64,000 nt of DNA from assembly GCF_963921235.1 (NCBI RefSeq), contig NC_086097.1, positions 235,354,001 through 235,418,000 on the forward strand, given 5' to 3'. This document shows, in pieces, positions 40,359-52,335 of this stretch. The notes under the pieces were generated by a model, which saw only the letters and a list, made by a program, of their open reading frames with translations, made no database searches and was not told the origin of the DNA. Position 1 is the stretch's first letter, and the number at the start of each line of letters is the position of its first letter. The position numbers and the translations under genes were made by a program. This stretch comes from Mobula hypostoma (Eukaryota).

Positions 40359-40394
40359 AGTCGACGTTTCAGGCCGAGACCCTTCGTCAGGACT
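40359..40394 (-). ncRNA. Minimal type I hammerhead ribozyme
   Basis: Identical to 17199-17234. Confidence 0.8.
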
Positions 40395-40688
40395 AACTGA
40401 AGGAAGAGTGAGTAAGGGATTTGAAAGCTGGAGGGGGAGGGAGAGATGCAAAATGATAGGAGAAGACAGGAGGGGGAGGGATAGAGCCGAGAGCTGGACA
40501 GGTGATAGGCAAAAGGGGATACGAGAGGATCATGGGACAGGAGGTCCGGGAAGAAAGACAAGGGGGGGGTGACCCAGAGGATGGGCAAGAGGTATATTCA
40601 GAGGGACAGAGGGAGAAAAAGGAGAGTGAGAGAAAGAATGTGTGCATAAAAATGAGTAACAGATGGGGTACGAGGGGGAGGTGGGGCC

Positions 40689-41432
40689 TTAGCGGAAGTT
40701 AGAGAAGTCAATGTTCATGCCATCAGGTTGGAGGCTACCCAGACGGAATATAAGGTGTTGTTCCTCCAACCTGAGTGTGGCTTCATCTTTACAGTAGAGG
40801 AGGCCGTGGATAGACATGTCAGAATGGGAATGGGATGTCGAATTAAAATGTGTGGCCACTGGGAGATCCTGCTTTCTCTGGCGGACAGAGCTTAGATGTT
40901 CAGCAAAGCGGTCTCCCAGTCTGCGTCGGGTCTCACCAATATATAAAAGGCCACATCGGGAGCACTGGACGCAGTATATCACCCCAGTCGACTCACAGGT
41001 GAAGTGATGCCTCACCTGGAAGGACTGTTTGGGGCCCTGAATGGTGGTAAGGGAGGAAGTGTAAGGGCATGTGTAGCACTTGTTCCGCTTACACGGATAA
41101 GTGCCAGGAGGGAGATCAGTGGGGAGGGATGGGGGGGACGAATGGACAAGGGAGTTGTGTAGGGAGCGATCCCTGCGGAATGCAGAGAGAGGGGGAGAGG
41201 GAAAGATGTGCTTAGTGGTGGGATCCCGTTGGAGGTGGCGGAAGTTACGGAGAATAATATGTTGGACCCGGAGGCTGGTGGGGTGGTAGGTGAGGACCAG
41301 GGGAACCCTATTCCTAGTGGGGTGGTGGGAGGATGGAGTGAGAGCAGATGTACGTGAAATGGGGGAGTTGCGTTTAAGAGCAGAGTTGATAGTGGAGGAA
41401 GGGAAGCCCCTTTCTTTAAAAAATGAAGACAT
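40689..41432 (-). CDS. Penelope pol C-terminal part: linker, Cys motif and GIY-YIG endonuclease (5'-truncated)
   Basis: 247 aa open; VIYCVQCSRCGLLYIGETRRRLGDRFAEH...EQHLIFRLGSLQPDGMN. Confidence 0.9.
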   Translation of the reverse strand: MSSFFKERGFPSSTINSALKRNSPISRTSALTPSSHHPTRNRVPLVLTYHPTSLRVQHIILRNFRHLQRDPTTKHIFPSPPLSAFRRDRSLHNSLVHSSPPSLPTDLPPGTYPCKRNKCYTCPYTSSLTTIQGPKQSFQVRHHFTCESTGVIYCVQCSRCGLLYIGETRRRLGDRFAEHLSSVRQRKQDLPVATHFNSTSHSHSDMSIHGLLYCKDEATLRLEEQHLIFRLGSLQPDGMNIDFSNFR

Positions 41433-42569
41433 CTCCCTTGTCCTAGAATGAAAAGCCTCATCCTGAGAGCAGATGCGGCAGAGACGGAGGAATTGCGAGA
41501 AGGGGATGGCGTTTTCTTAGCTGTTTTTTTTGGATTTTTCCTTAAAGACATGCCGGACGTGCTCCAGTGCATCCGGCTAGCACTGCACCCCTGGAATTAT
41601 CTGCTTGTTCATGGGTTCATGATTGAAACCTGAACAATGGACAGCAACAGAACACAAAGAGACAAAGAGGCATTGAAAGCTGGTGGCCAGGTACAGCTGT
41701 CTTATTCGACTTGGGCGAAACTGTGTATGTATGCAGGTGCCAGCGAGATATATTGTACATTTACTAGACTAGCTGGCATGTCGCTTCATGCCCTGACCAA
41801 TCAAGAATCTATCAACCTCTGTCTTAAATATACATAAAGACTTGGCTTCCACAGCTGCCTGTGGCAATGAATTCCACAGATTCACCACTCCTTGGCTTAA
41901 ATTTCTCCTCATCTCAGTTCTAAAGGGACACCCCTCTATTCTGAAGATGAGTTCTCTCGGCTTAGATATGATAATATGATAATATGGGTGTACCTACACG
42001 TAGGGACTGCAACAGTTCAAGAAGGCAGCTCATCATCACTTTCTCAAGGGCATCTAGGGATGGGCAATAAATGCTGGTTTAGCTGGTGACACCCATATCC
42101 CATAAATGAATAATAATAAAAAAAACAGGATAAACCTGAGGGATATAGCTGAGAGACTGAGATTGAGATACAGAAAATGATGAGATAGTCTTAGCCCTAA
42201 CTAGTTTATGTCCTCGACAAGCAAAGGAAGCATTTTAACACTTCTAACGATTTTAACAATTTTAGCCATAAACAAAGCTGTATTAAGCCATTGCTATCAC
42301 AAGATGATAAGGCACTGTCTAATATTTTATATTACACATTAGTAGTGGTTTGGTGGAAACATAGCTGTTAATAATATACTGGCCCAGCAACGTGAAGGAC
42401 TCAGTTCAAATCCCACCATGGGAGACATGGAATTCAAATGCAGTTAATAATCTAAGATTTTTTTTTAAAAGAGAAACATGATTATAAACTGCTAGGTGAC
42501 TAGTGGTCACTATTTTTCAACCAGAAGGTGCTCAATCTATAGAATGAGCTGATAGAGGAAATGGTAGGG

Positions 42570-42955
42570 AATTAGAACCAGAATCCGGTTTAACATGACC
42601 AGAAAATGTTGTGGAATTTCTTGTCTTTGCGGCAGAAATACAAAGCAGTACCTAGTAATAGAAAAAAAAAACAAATTACAGTAAGTATATTTATACTATA
42701 TAGATAAAGTAAATAAGTACTGCAAAAATAGAAATAAAAAATTAGTGAGGTAGTGCTTATGGTTTCAATGTGCATTCAGAAATCGGATGGCAGAGGGGAA
42801 GAAGCTGTTTCTGAATCAAGTATGCGTACTCACGTTCCTGTACTTCCTCTCTGATGGTAGCAATGACAAGAGGGCATGTCCAGAGTGATGGGGGTCCTTA
42901 ATGATGGATATTGCTTTTTCGAGGCATCGCTCCTTGAAGACGGCCTAGATACTAC
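42570..42955 (-). mobile_element. Rex/L2-type LINE 3' fragment
   Basis: Homology to 38181-38808. Confidence 0.7.
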
Positions 42956-43124
42956 ATCAGGTACTTTAACAACACTTAAATGGTACTTGATGGGTTACAT
43001 CGACAGGGAAGTTTTAGAGCTTTATGGGCATATGAGCAAAACATTGACAAGTGGGACTAGCCTAGCTAGGAATCTTGGTTGGCATGTACCAGCTGAGCTG
43101 AAGGGTCATTTCCACACCCTATAA

Positions 43125-43348
43125 CAGTGGTCCCCAACCTCCAGGCTGCGGACTGATATCGGGCCACGAAGAATGCAGCGGTGCACTGGTAGCCGGAACA
43201 AGCCCAGCACATCTTTAAGAAAAATGCCAAAAATAAACAAGGTAATTAACTAGGTGCTGCCCGGCACGTAAATGTCGGCCCAGATCAGAGGCGATTGCGG
43301 ATTGCGTCGCCCGGTATCGGTCCGTGGCCCGGAGGCTGGGGACTGCTG
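43125..43348. mobile_element. hAT MITE
   Basis: TIRs cagtggtccccaacc / ggctggggactgctg; TSD ccctataa / cctgataa (6 of 8). Confidence 0.8.
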
Positions 43349-43599
43349 CCTGATAACACTATGAGCAATTGTCAAACTTCAACTTATAATTTGATGCTTG
43401 AATATTAGGTAAAGGAGTTAGAAAGCTATTTTATGAGGTAAAGTGTAGAAATTAGCTCATGCTGTGTCAGACGGTGCTGACATAAAATAATTATACTCGC
43501 ATCTGGATCAAAGTGTAGTCCATAATTGGCAAATCTTTAATGACAATGAAACTGATGCTAGGTTCTTCAGCCATGCCATTCTGAGCCCGAATTTCTGTC

Positions 43600-44380
43600 T
43601 GAAGCCGCTTTGTTAGACACACCTGTTCACTTGTTTACTGCTGCAAATATATAATCAGCCAATAAACTGGCAGCAGATATGGTCAAGAGGTTCATAGAAA
43701 TATAGAAACATAGAAAATAGGTGCAGGAGTAGGCCATTCGGCCCTTCGAGCCTGCACCGCCATTCAGTACGATCATGGCTGATCATCCAACTCAGAACCC
43801 TGTACCAGCCTTCCCTCCATACCCCCTGATCCCTTTATCCACAAGGGCCATATCTAACTCCCTCAAACTCCTTCAGTTATTGTTCAGCTGAAACATCAGA
43901 ATGAGGAAGAAATGTGATCTAAGCTACATTGCTCTTGGTGCCAATTGGGATGGTTTGAGTACCTCAGAAACTGTTGATCTCCTAGCATTTTTACTAACAG
44001 TCTCTAGAGCAAGGGTTCCCAACCTTTTTTTATGCCATGGACCTCTACCATTAACTGAGGGATCCATCGGCCCCTGCTTTAGAGTTGACAGAGAATGGTA
44101 CAACAAACAGAGATAAAATCCAGGTGAGTGGCAGTTCTGTGGGTAAGAATGCTGTGTCAATGAGATTGGTCGGAGGATAATGGTCAGACTAGTTCAAAAT
44201 GGCAGTAAGGTGACGGTAACTCAATTAACCACTTGTTACAACAGTGGAGTGAGAAGGGCATCTCTGACTGCGCCACACGTTGAACCTTGAAGTGGATGGT
44301 CTACTATAGTTGAAGATCATAAACATACACTCAGTGGCCTCTTTATTAGGTACAGGAGGTACCTAATAAAGTGACCATGA
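43600..44380 (+). mobile_element. Tc1-like non-autonomous element with a nested CR1 tail (43695-43868) and a MITE
   Basis: Homology to 35865-36225; terminal hairpin actcagtggcctctttattaggtac...gtacctaataaagtg. Confidence 0.7.
44010..44076. mobile_element. hAT/Charlie MITE, partly deleted
   Basis: caagggttcccaacc...cccctg; TSD ctctagag / ctttagag. Confidence 0.8.
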
Positions 44381-44774
44381 ATACAGTGTCCTCTGACTCA
44401 CAGTAAACAGCTATAAATTCAAAGCTAGTTTATCAATAAAATACTATGGTAGCTAAATTCAGCCGATTCAAAAATAAATTCTCTATTACATTCATCATAA
44501 AAAATCCACTTTATGATTCAAAGTGTATTTGACACCTAAGAATGTGTTCATTATTCTATTTGCGTGGCTTTATTCTTCACTGACAATTACAAGCAAACGT
44601 TGAACATGTTGATGTATAGGTTATTATAATATACTGAATGGTATTTATGTAACTTCTCCTCAAAATTTATTAGTATGCAATTGTTTGTGAGTTATAGAGG
44701 TCATCTTATTTTGTACACGGGACAACTTCTCAATAGAAGATGTACTTGAATCCTGCCTGAAATGGGCGAGTTAA

Positions 44775-45635
44775 GTTTAAGTTCAATTTTTATTGTCATC
44801 TGACGTGTGCAGCAGGTAAACATTAAACAGCTCACTGTCCTAGTGATGAGACCTCAGTGGTGGCAGACCTTAGTCTCACTGCTGGGGGAAAGAAGCCATT
44901 ACTGAGTCTGGCATTCTGAGTCCTGATGCTCCCGAACATGGGTCAAAGAAGTTGCGGGATGTGTGGTGGGGATCCTCAGCATTGCCTTGAACCCCTTGTA
45001 TGCAATGATCCTGGTAAATATTAGAAAAAGTGGGGAGGGAGACCTGTTGATCTTGTTGGCATTTTTAAAGTGCCATTAAAATACTTTTGGGATCATCCAT
45101 CACAAGATCTGTTTGCTTTGTGTAACCTTTGCTTTCACTTAGGTAGCAATGCAATAAGTAATGCAGATTATGAGATCCAAAATCCAACCAGCATCACATT
45201 GATATTAAAACCAATAATGAAAATCGAGGACATCTTCAAAAGGTGATGCCTCTAAAAGATGGCATTCATTGTTAAAGATCCTCACCACCTATAACATGGC
45301 CCCTTCTCATTAGAGCAGAGATACAGGAACCTGAAAACACAGACTCAACATTTTAGGAACAGATTCTTCCCCTCTGTCATCAGATGTCAGAATGGAGAAT
45401 GGACAATTAACTCTTGAACACTCAACTGTTTATTCATTTCCATAGATGCTGAGCTCCTCCGGCATTTTTGTGTGTTGCTCATTATTTTTGCTCTCTTTTC
45501 ACACTATATATTTAATGTTTTGTTATATACAGCATGTCTTGCTATAATTTATAGTGTATTGTATGTATTGCCTTCACAAAACAACAAAATTCACGACATA
45601 TGTCAGTGAAAATAAACCCAATTCTGATTTTAATT
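44775..45635. mobile_element. Rex/L2-type fragments (44775-45065 minus; 45225-45635 plus)
   Basis: Family 3'-end similarity. Confidence 0.55.
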
Positions 45636-45994
45636 CTGAATAGAAAAAGAAATAATGGAAAATGTTTAACAACCTGACATCTTGAATCACAAAGTGGAAC
45701 ATAACAAACCTGAAAGAAGTAACCTGGAGAGTATACAAGGGTTTTGCCAAGGATGTAGCTGTTTCTATTTACCAAACAGCTTCAGTAGGGCATCTTACTG
45801 GGCTGGGTTGTGCAGTCTCCCTTGAGAATTCATTAATTTTATCTCTTCATCCATTCATACTCAAGGGTTAACATTTCCCCATTGCACCAACCTGCCATTC
45901 CTGAAATTAAACATTCTTTTTCAAACATTAGACCTTTTCATTTTAGTACACAAAAATCAAAGTTAATTTGCCACACTTCAAATTTCTTTGACCT

Positions 45995-46403
45995 CCAAGA
46001 GGACCACAACCTTGTCGTTCATTGGGTTTGGAGGCTTGAGGGCCTTAATGACCTGGCTGGAGTCAGTGCTCTATGCCTTGGCTCCTTGGTAGGGTCATCC
46101 ATGCCAAACAGGTCAAAGTGTAGAGGCTCGATCAAGAAGAGTGGTCTACCAGTCTTCTAGATTTGGGGGTTCAGCTCAGGGCTAAAAACCCTGACTTGTA
46201 AAACTAAGTTGTCATGGAAGCAATGAAGAATCCTTCCATATCTGAGTGCAAGAGTTTTCCCGAGTCTCTACCTGGAACTTGCAAGACTGACAGTAGTGAA
46301 AACCGAGAGGAAGCTTCTGACATGATGAAAGAAGCCCTGAACACCGCGAGAGATGGAGGACCTTCACTGCTTCCCTAGACGCCAGTAGCATAATGGGCAG
46401 TAA
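45995..46403 (+). mobile_element. Non-autonomous RTE-like retroposon (5' UTR fused to 3' end)
   Basis: RTE-like 5' motifs; gatggaggaccttc...gggcagtaa 3' end. Confidence 0.65.
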
Positions 46404-47299
46404 TAAAAAAAATATTATTTGAGTTGCTTTGACAAGCTAGAAAATGGGTGAAAATTTCAATAGTCCAATCAATGTGCAAATGGCTGAGATAGACAGAAGG
46501 TCCTAATTCAATCACATTGAAAATGCCTGATGCATTCATATTCAACATCCCAGTTTTTAAGTAACTGAAAAGTGTAGTTGTAAGAATTGCCAAAACTCAT
46601 AGGAATTATTTGTAAATTATGTCCTTCATATGTATTACTGTTTCTTTGTGAAAGATGTCTGAGTTTATATGTGTAAAAGTGTTTCAGGAATAATATGTAT
46701 ATCAAATACAGTTGAAAGGAACACATTATCCTTCTTGAGTGTTCCATTTTTGAGATGCATAAACTATTCAAGTACTCTCACCAACTGTCTTTACCCATAC
46801 CTTGTGCCCTTTGTATTCCACTGTTGAAATTTCTTAAGTGCTAGCGTTGACATTTATTAATTATGATTAAGTGGCCAATGAGGTAGAGTTTAATCGATAC
46901 TTCCGGTTTAACTGCTGTGATAGGTATATTTGACACTATCATTGCTGTGAGACAAGAATAAATGTCTGCTCTTATCTGCAGAGCTGACTTTATAACATAT
47001 GTCTTTAGTGCCTCAAGCAAACAATTCTACTTGGCCTATTAATGAGAACTCTAACAGATCTGCTGCCAAGATTTTTCCATGAACTACAAGGCATTGTTAA
47101 TAGTTTACTTTGGCTGTTTGCACTCGTGACACTGTAAACATGCTGTAATGAAAAGTATTCAACTATTTGGTTTATGAATATATTTCCAGAGAATTTGTAG
47201 GGATCTTCCAGTGTAACTTTGATATATACCATGTTTAGTGGAAACCCCTGATGTTGGTGTATATGGCTCCTGATACGAATCCCACAAATTATGGGACAG

Positions 47300-47485
47300 A
47301 AGATCAAGATCAGGGTCCAGTGGCATGGAATACAAAGCAACCGGGGGACTCCTTACCATTATCTTCTGCTAGTGTTGAAATCTTGGTTTGGTTTGATCAC
47401 TCTTTGTCCAGAAATTTGACCTTGACCATACTGCCATGGGTGACCCTACCAGGAGCTAAGCACAAGATGGCTAAACTCCAGACTT
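47300..47485 (-). mobile_element. RTE-like fragment
   Basis: Homology to 27610-27920. Confidence 0.55.
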
Positions 47486-48689
47486 TTGGTTGGACAGATG
47501 CCATTTGAATTGCTGAATTCTTTCAGTATTCTCTTTCTGCTTCCTTAACCTGTCTTAAAAGGATAAACACACTTACACTTTGCTTCATCTGTAATTAAGC
47601 ATACTTATCCATCTCCATTCTTTTACAAAGTGCCTCAAGATTTATTATTTTAATTAGTTTACTTGTTTGTATTTGTCTTTTCTTTTATTTCTTTTGCTTT
47701 ACCTTTTTATTTCCCTTATTCTATGCTGAAATAAAATTCACTAATAGGTTTCCCCCTGTCATTGCTGAATCCAATGAAATTGATGCATTGTGCAATTTTC
47801 TTCTCGGCCCATAAATTTTTATCAAAAATTTATCAGGACATATTAGCCCTTGCTGATACCATGAGATGTGATTGGAATATGATTCACACTTGTACCTAAA
47901 CTCTGTGGAAAAATATTTAGGAACCATACTTTATAGGAATTTTTTTATAGATAAATTAAAATTTAAGTAACTTTATTTACATTTAGCTTGTCTCCAAATG
48001 TCAAGTCATTAATGTTGGACATTACCACAAAATGTGGCTCAGTGCTCTGCAGTTTTTTTACACTGTAGAAGTCCTAGTTTGATTCTAATATAGCCTCTGA
48101 AGCATGTCTTGTTCGCCACTGAAATTTTGATATCCATGTAAATACAATTATTTTCTTAATACTTTCTCACCACTGTCCATCTGATTTTTATTTGTTAGCA
48201 GCCATAATAATTATATTAAATGCTGTGTAACCCACTCACCATGGCTCATAGCAATTTAGGTTTGTTAGCTATCCCTGGCTAACAGCCTCGTGACTCAGTG
48301 ATGCATGGGTATGGTGAGACAGCCAGATCTACTAATCCATACATATCTAGGGTCGGTATGCTTTGGGCTCATCCAAACAGGAAAGTTGGAATATTCCATT
48401 GAGGGAACACAAGTTATGGAGAATGCTATGTAAATAGTCCCCATGCAAAAGTTATTGTTTTTCAGGAAATAACAGAACTTACACTGGCATAAACTTAAAG
48501 TGGCAGTATATTAACAAATATTTCAACTTAGCAAACTTTTAAGAGAAAAATGGCCTATTACACTTTAACCCAGTTTATAATGTGCACATAAATGTTGGAG
48601 CTCATTGCTGGTTGTTTCACATTAGTTACTTACAGTGTTGATTCGACACAATAGGAAGAGAAGTGATCTACTTGAGTTGAACAGTTTCA

Positions 48690-49005
48690 GAATCTGAATC
48701 AGGATTATCATCACTGACATACTGTATGTTCTGATGGCAGAGGGGAAGAAGTTTTCCTAAAATTCTGAGTGGGTGTACTTGCTTCTTGATAGAAGAGGGC
48801 AAGTCTATGGGTGAAGGAGCTCTTAATGATAGATGCTACATTTTTGAGGCATTGCCTTTTGAAGATGTCCTCAGTGCTGGGGAGGCTGGTACCTGTGATG
48901 GAGCTGGATGAGTTTGCAGCCCTCTGCAACTTTTTCCAGTCCTGTGCAACAGGCCCTTTATTCCAGGGGGTGATACAACCAGTTAGAATGCTCTCCATGG
49001 CATAT
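48690..49005 (-). mobile_element. Rex/L2-type LINE fragment
   Basis: ESILTGCIT.W motif in ORF 48711..48998. Confidence 0.75.
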
Positions 49006-49749
49006 CTTATTTTCTTATATTGCTATCAGAAATTTTATCATGTAATCTTCTCAATGTATACACTTCGTTTATATTATCAATTAGCCTAAAAGGATTTCTG
49101 TTCAAGCTTGTAGAATTTTGCACAAATGTAATTCCCTTTCTAAACTTGATTGAAAGTAATTCATTCAGCACCTTTGTTACCTTAGTAACCAAAGGTTTGT
49201 TCATCTACACCCTGAAGAAACGGTCATGCTAATAACCACAGCATGAAAGAGGAAAGCAGGAAACCTGAAAGTATACAGTTCTCTAAGATCCTGCAGAATT
49301 CCATCATGGATCCCGAAATATGATTTTTGTTTTCAAATTTGTTCAGTGACTGCATTCAACCGGATTGAGAGATTGTCTGTCTATTGTGTGGCAAGGCAAC
49401 AATAGACTAGAAGCAAAGAGCTCGAAGCATTGGTGCAGTTGATATATCAGTCATCAGAACCTGAATTTCATTTAATTCATGGGCAGTCTTAGTTAAGATT
49501 TTGTTACAGTAGAGCTGACTTCTATTGAAGAAAGCTGAGTCTTGCTTTTGTTATGGTTTAAACTGAATATTTGATGCAAGCAATTCCTTTATTCCATGCA
49601 TCTCTACAGAAGATCTTCAACAGATAGCTGATATAAAGCCGGACAATAAGCTTTATAGCATGAGAAGCATAATTAAATTGGCCATGAGTGTATGGCTAAT
49701 CCAAATGCACCTTCATTTGTTAACACTAAAAGCTATGATGGGTACTGAG

Positions 49750-49900
49750 TAGACAGTCGACGTTTGGAACTGAGACCTTTCTTCACGTGTTGGCCCGAAA
49801 CGTCGACGGCTTGCTCATTTCTATAGATGCTGTCTGACCTGCTGAATTCCTCTAGCATTTTGTGTGTGGATTTCCAGCACCTGTAGAAATTCTCAATGTT
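49750..49900. mobile_element. Truncated palindromic Penelope pLTR piece
   Basis: gtcgacgttt...gaaacgtcgac inverted junction followed by pLTR end. Confidence 0.65.
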
Positions 49901-49914
49901 TATAATGAATGTCT

Positions 49915-50662
49915 CATGTTTCTCCTGTGGCCATCCCCCTCAATAATAAGTGTACTGATTTGGATACTGTTGTGGCGGATGACCTCCCAGGGGAATGCCA
50001 TGGAGACCAGATTACTGGCACTGAGCCTTGGTCTGCTGTGCAGAAGGTAGAGAGGGAGAAGAGGGGAGTGGTAGTGGTAGGGGACTCAATAGTCAGAGGA
50101 ACAGGCAGGAGATTCTGTGGACGTGAATGGAGCAACTGAACGGTATGTTGCCTCCCAGGTGCCAGGGCTAGGGATCACCCCCACATTGTTTTGGAGAGGG
50201 AGGGCGAACAGCCAGATATGTTGGTACATATTGGTGCTAATAATATAGGAAGGAAAAGCAAAGAGGTCCTGAAAAGAGAATTTAGGGAACTAGGTAGAAA
50301 GCGGCGGAGAAGCAGGAACTCCCGGGTAGTAATTTCTGGATTGCTGCCTGTGCCACACTCCAATAAGGGCTGAAACTGGATGATTCAGCACATTAATGTG
50401 TGGCTGAGAAATTGGTGCAGGGGTAGAGTTTCAGGTTCTTGGATCATTGGGATCTCTACTGGGGGAGGTATGACCTGCTCAAAAGGTTGCACCTGAACCC
50501 AATATTCTCGCGGGCAGGTTTGTTAGAGCTGCTGGGGAGGTTTAAACTAATTTGGCAGGGGATGGGAACCGGAATGAGGGGATGCAGGATAGGACGGATG
50601 GTAAATGAGCAAAGATAGCGTGTAGTCAGACTGTCAGGAATGGCAGGCAGATGACAGGACAA
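49915..50662 (+). mobile_element. CR1 ORF1 (SGNH esterase-like) fragment
   Basis: VVVVGDSIVRG, VHIGANNIG and VVISGLLPVP motifs. Confidence 0.85.
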
Positions 50663-50664
50663 AA

Positions 50665-52335
50665 CTCCCCGGCCTTCTCCCTGTAACCTTTGATGCCATG
50701 TCCAATCACAAACCTATCACTCTTTGCCTTAAATACACCCAGCGACCTGTCCTCCACAGCTGCCTGTGGTATCAAATTCCACAAATTCACTGCTCTCTGG
50801 CTAAACAAATTTTTCCATATTTCTATTTCAGATGGACGACCCTCTATCCTGAGGCTGTGCCCTCTTGTCCTAGACTCCCCCACCATGGGAAACATAATTT
50901 CCACTTTTGCTTTGTCTAGACCTTTCAACATTCAAAAGGTTTCAATGAGATCCCTGCCATCATTCTAAATTCCAGCGAGTACACACCCAAAGCTATCAAA
51001 CTTTCCTCACATGATAACCCTTTCATTCATGGAATCATCATTATGAACCTCCTCTGAACCCTCTCCAATGCCAGCACTTAGATAAGGAGCCCAAAACTTT
51101 TCACAATACTCCAGGTGAGGCTCACCAGTGCCTGATAAAGCCTCAGCATCACATTCCTGCTCTTGTATTCTAGACCCCTTGATATAAATGCGAACATTGC
51201 ATTTGCCTTCCTCACCACTGACTCTACCTGCAAGTTAACCCTTAGAGTGTCCTCACAAAGAATCCAAGTCCCTTTGCAACTCAGATTTTTGCATTTTCTC
51301 CCCATTTAGAAAATAGTCTGCACATTTATGTCTACTACCAAAGTGCATGACCACACATTTTCCAACATTGTACTTCATTTGCCATTTTCTTGCCCATTCT
51401 CCTAACTTGACTACTAACTCCTTCTGCAGCCTCCCTGTTTCCTCAACACTACCTGCCCCTCCACCAATCTTTGTATCATCTGTAAACTTGCAACAAAGCC
51501 ACCTATTCCATCATCTAAATCATTTATACACAGCGTAAAAATAAGCCGTTCCAACACCGACATCTGGAGAACACCACAGGTCACTGGATCCTTTTATTCC
51601 CACTCACAGCCTCCTACCAATCAGCTAATGTGCTAACCATGCCAGTAACTTTCCTGTGATACAACGGATTCAACTTGGTAAGCAGCCTCATGTGTTTCAT
51701 CTTCTCAGAGGCCTTCTGGAAGTACAAATATACAATATCCACGGATCTCCTTCTACTTGTAATCTTCTCAAAGAATTCCAACAGATTCATCAGGCAAAAT
51801 TTTCCCTTAAGGAAACCATGCTAACTTTGTCTTCTCTTATCCTCTGTCAGCAAGTAGTCCACAACCTTATCCTTAACAATTGACTCCAACATCTTCCCAA
51901 CCACTCAGGTCAAGCTAACTGATTTATAATATCTTTTCTGCTGCCTTCCTCCTTTCTTAAAGCGTGGAGCGACATTTGCAATTTTCCAGTCCTCCGGCAC
52001 CATGTCAGAGTCCAATGATTTTTGAATGATCATTACTAATGCCTCCACAATCTCTACCGCTGCCTCTTTCAGAACCATAGTGTGCAGTTCCTCTGCTGTG
52101 GCTGCCTTATGTACCCTTAAGTCTTGCAGCATTTTGCGAACCTCCTCCCTTGTAGTAGTAACTGCACTCACTTCTCTTCCTTCACACCCTTCAATATCTG
52201 GCACACTGCTAGTGTCTTCCACGGTGAAGACTAATGCAGAATAATAATTTAGTTCAACTGCCATCTCTTTGTCCCCCATCATTATTTCTCTAGCCTCATT
52301 TTCCTATGGTCCAATATCCACTCCCATCTCTATTC
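50665..52335 (-). mobile_element. CR1 ORF2 fragment
   Basis: PEDWKIANV and other RT motifs; frameshifted. Confidence 0.85.

Larger units (their letters stand above)
40295..41510 (-). mobile_element. Young 5'-truncated Penelope-like element
   Basis: Intact GIY-YIG-containing reading frame plus pLTR. Confidence 0.93.
39922..41593. mobile_element. Foldback hAT-ended element with Tc1-derived inner arms, carrying a Penelope insertion
   Basis: Perfect 8-bp TSD gaattatc (39914-39921, 41594-41601); long imperfect inverted arms. Confidence 0.85.
36230..49740 (-). pseudogene. Candidate endogenous negative-strand RNA virus L gene, C-terminal part (about 14 inter-TE segments)
   Basis: Manual translation gives, in order: LVLTNEGAFGL..H (~49732), TGGNLL..HRI (47759-47717, frameshifted), QFRP (41723), VEGKKGA (39908), FIYSE (39055), FIFK (38941), SEYIV (38176); many stops and frameshifts. 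Confidence 0.6.

Noticed and set aside
48020..48060. KLQSTEPHFV on the minus strand, resembling the myosin motor motif L..T.PHFVRC
   Set aside because: No RC follows, there are no splice sites or other myosin context, and it lies inside the candidate viral frame.
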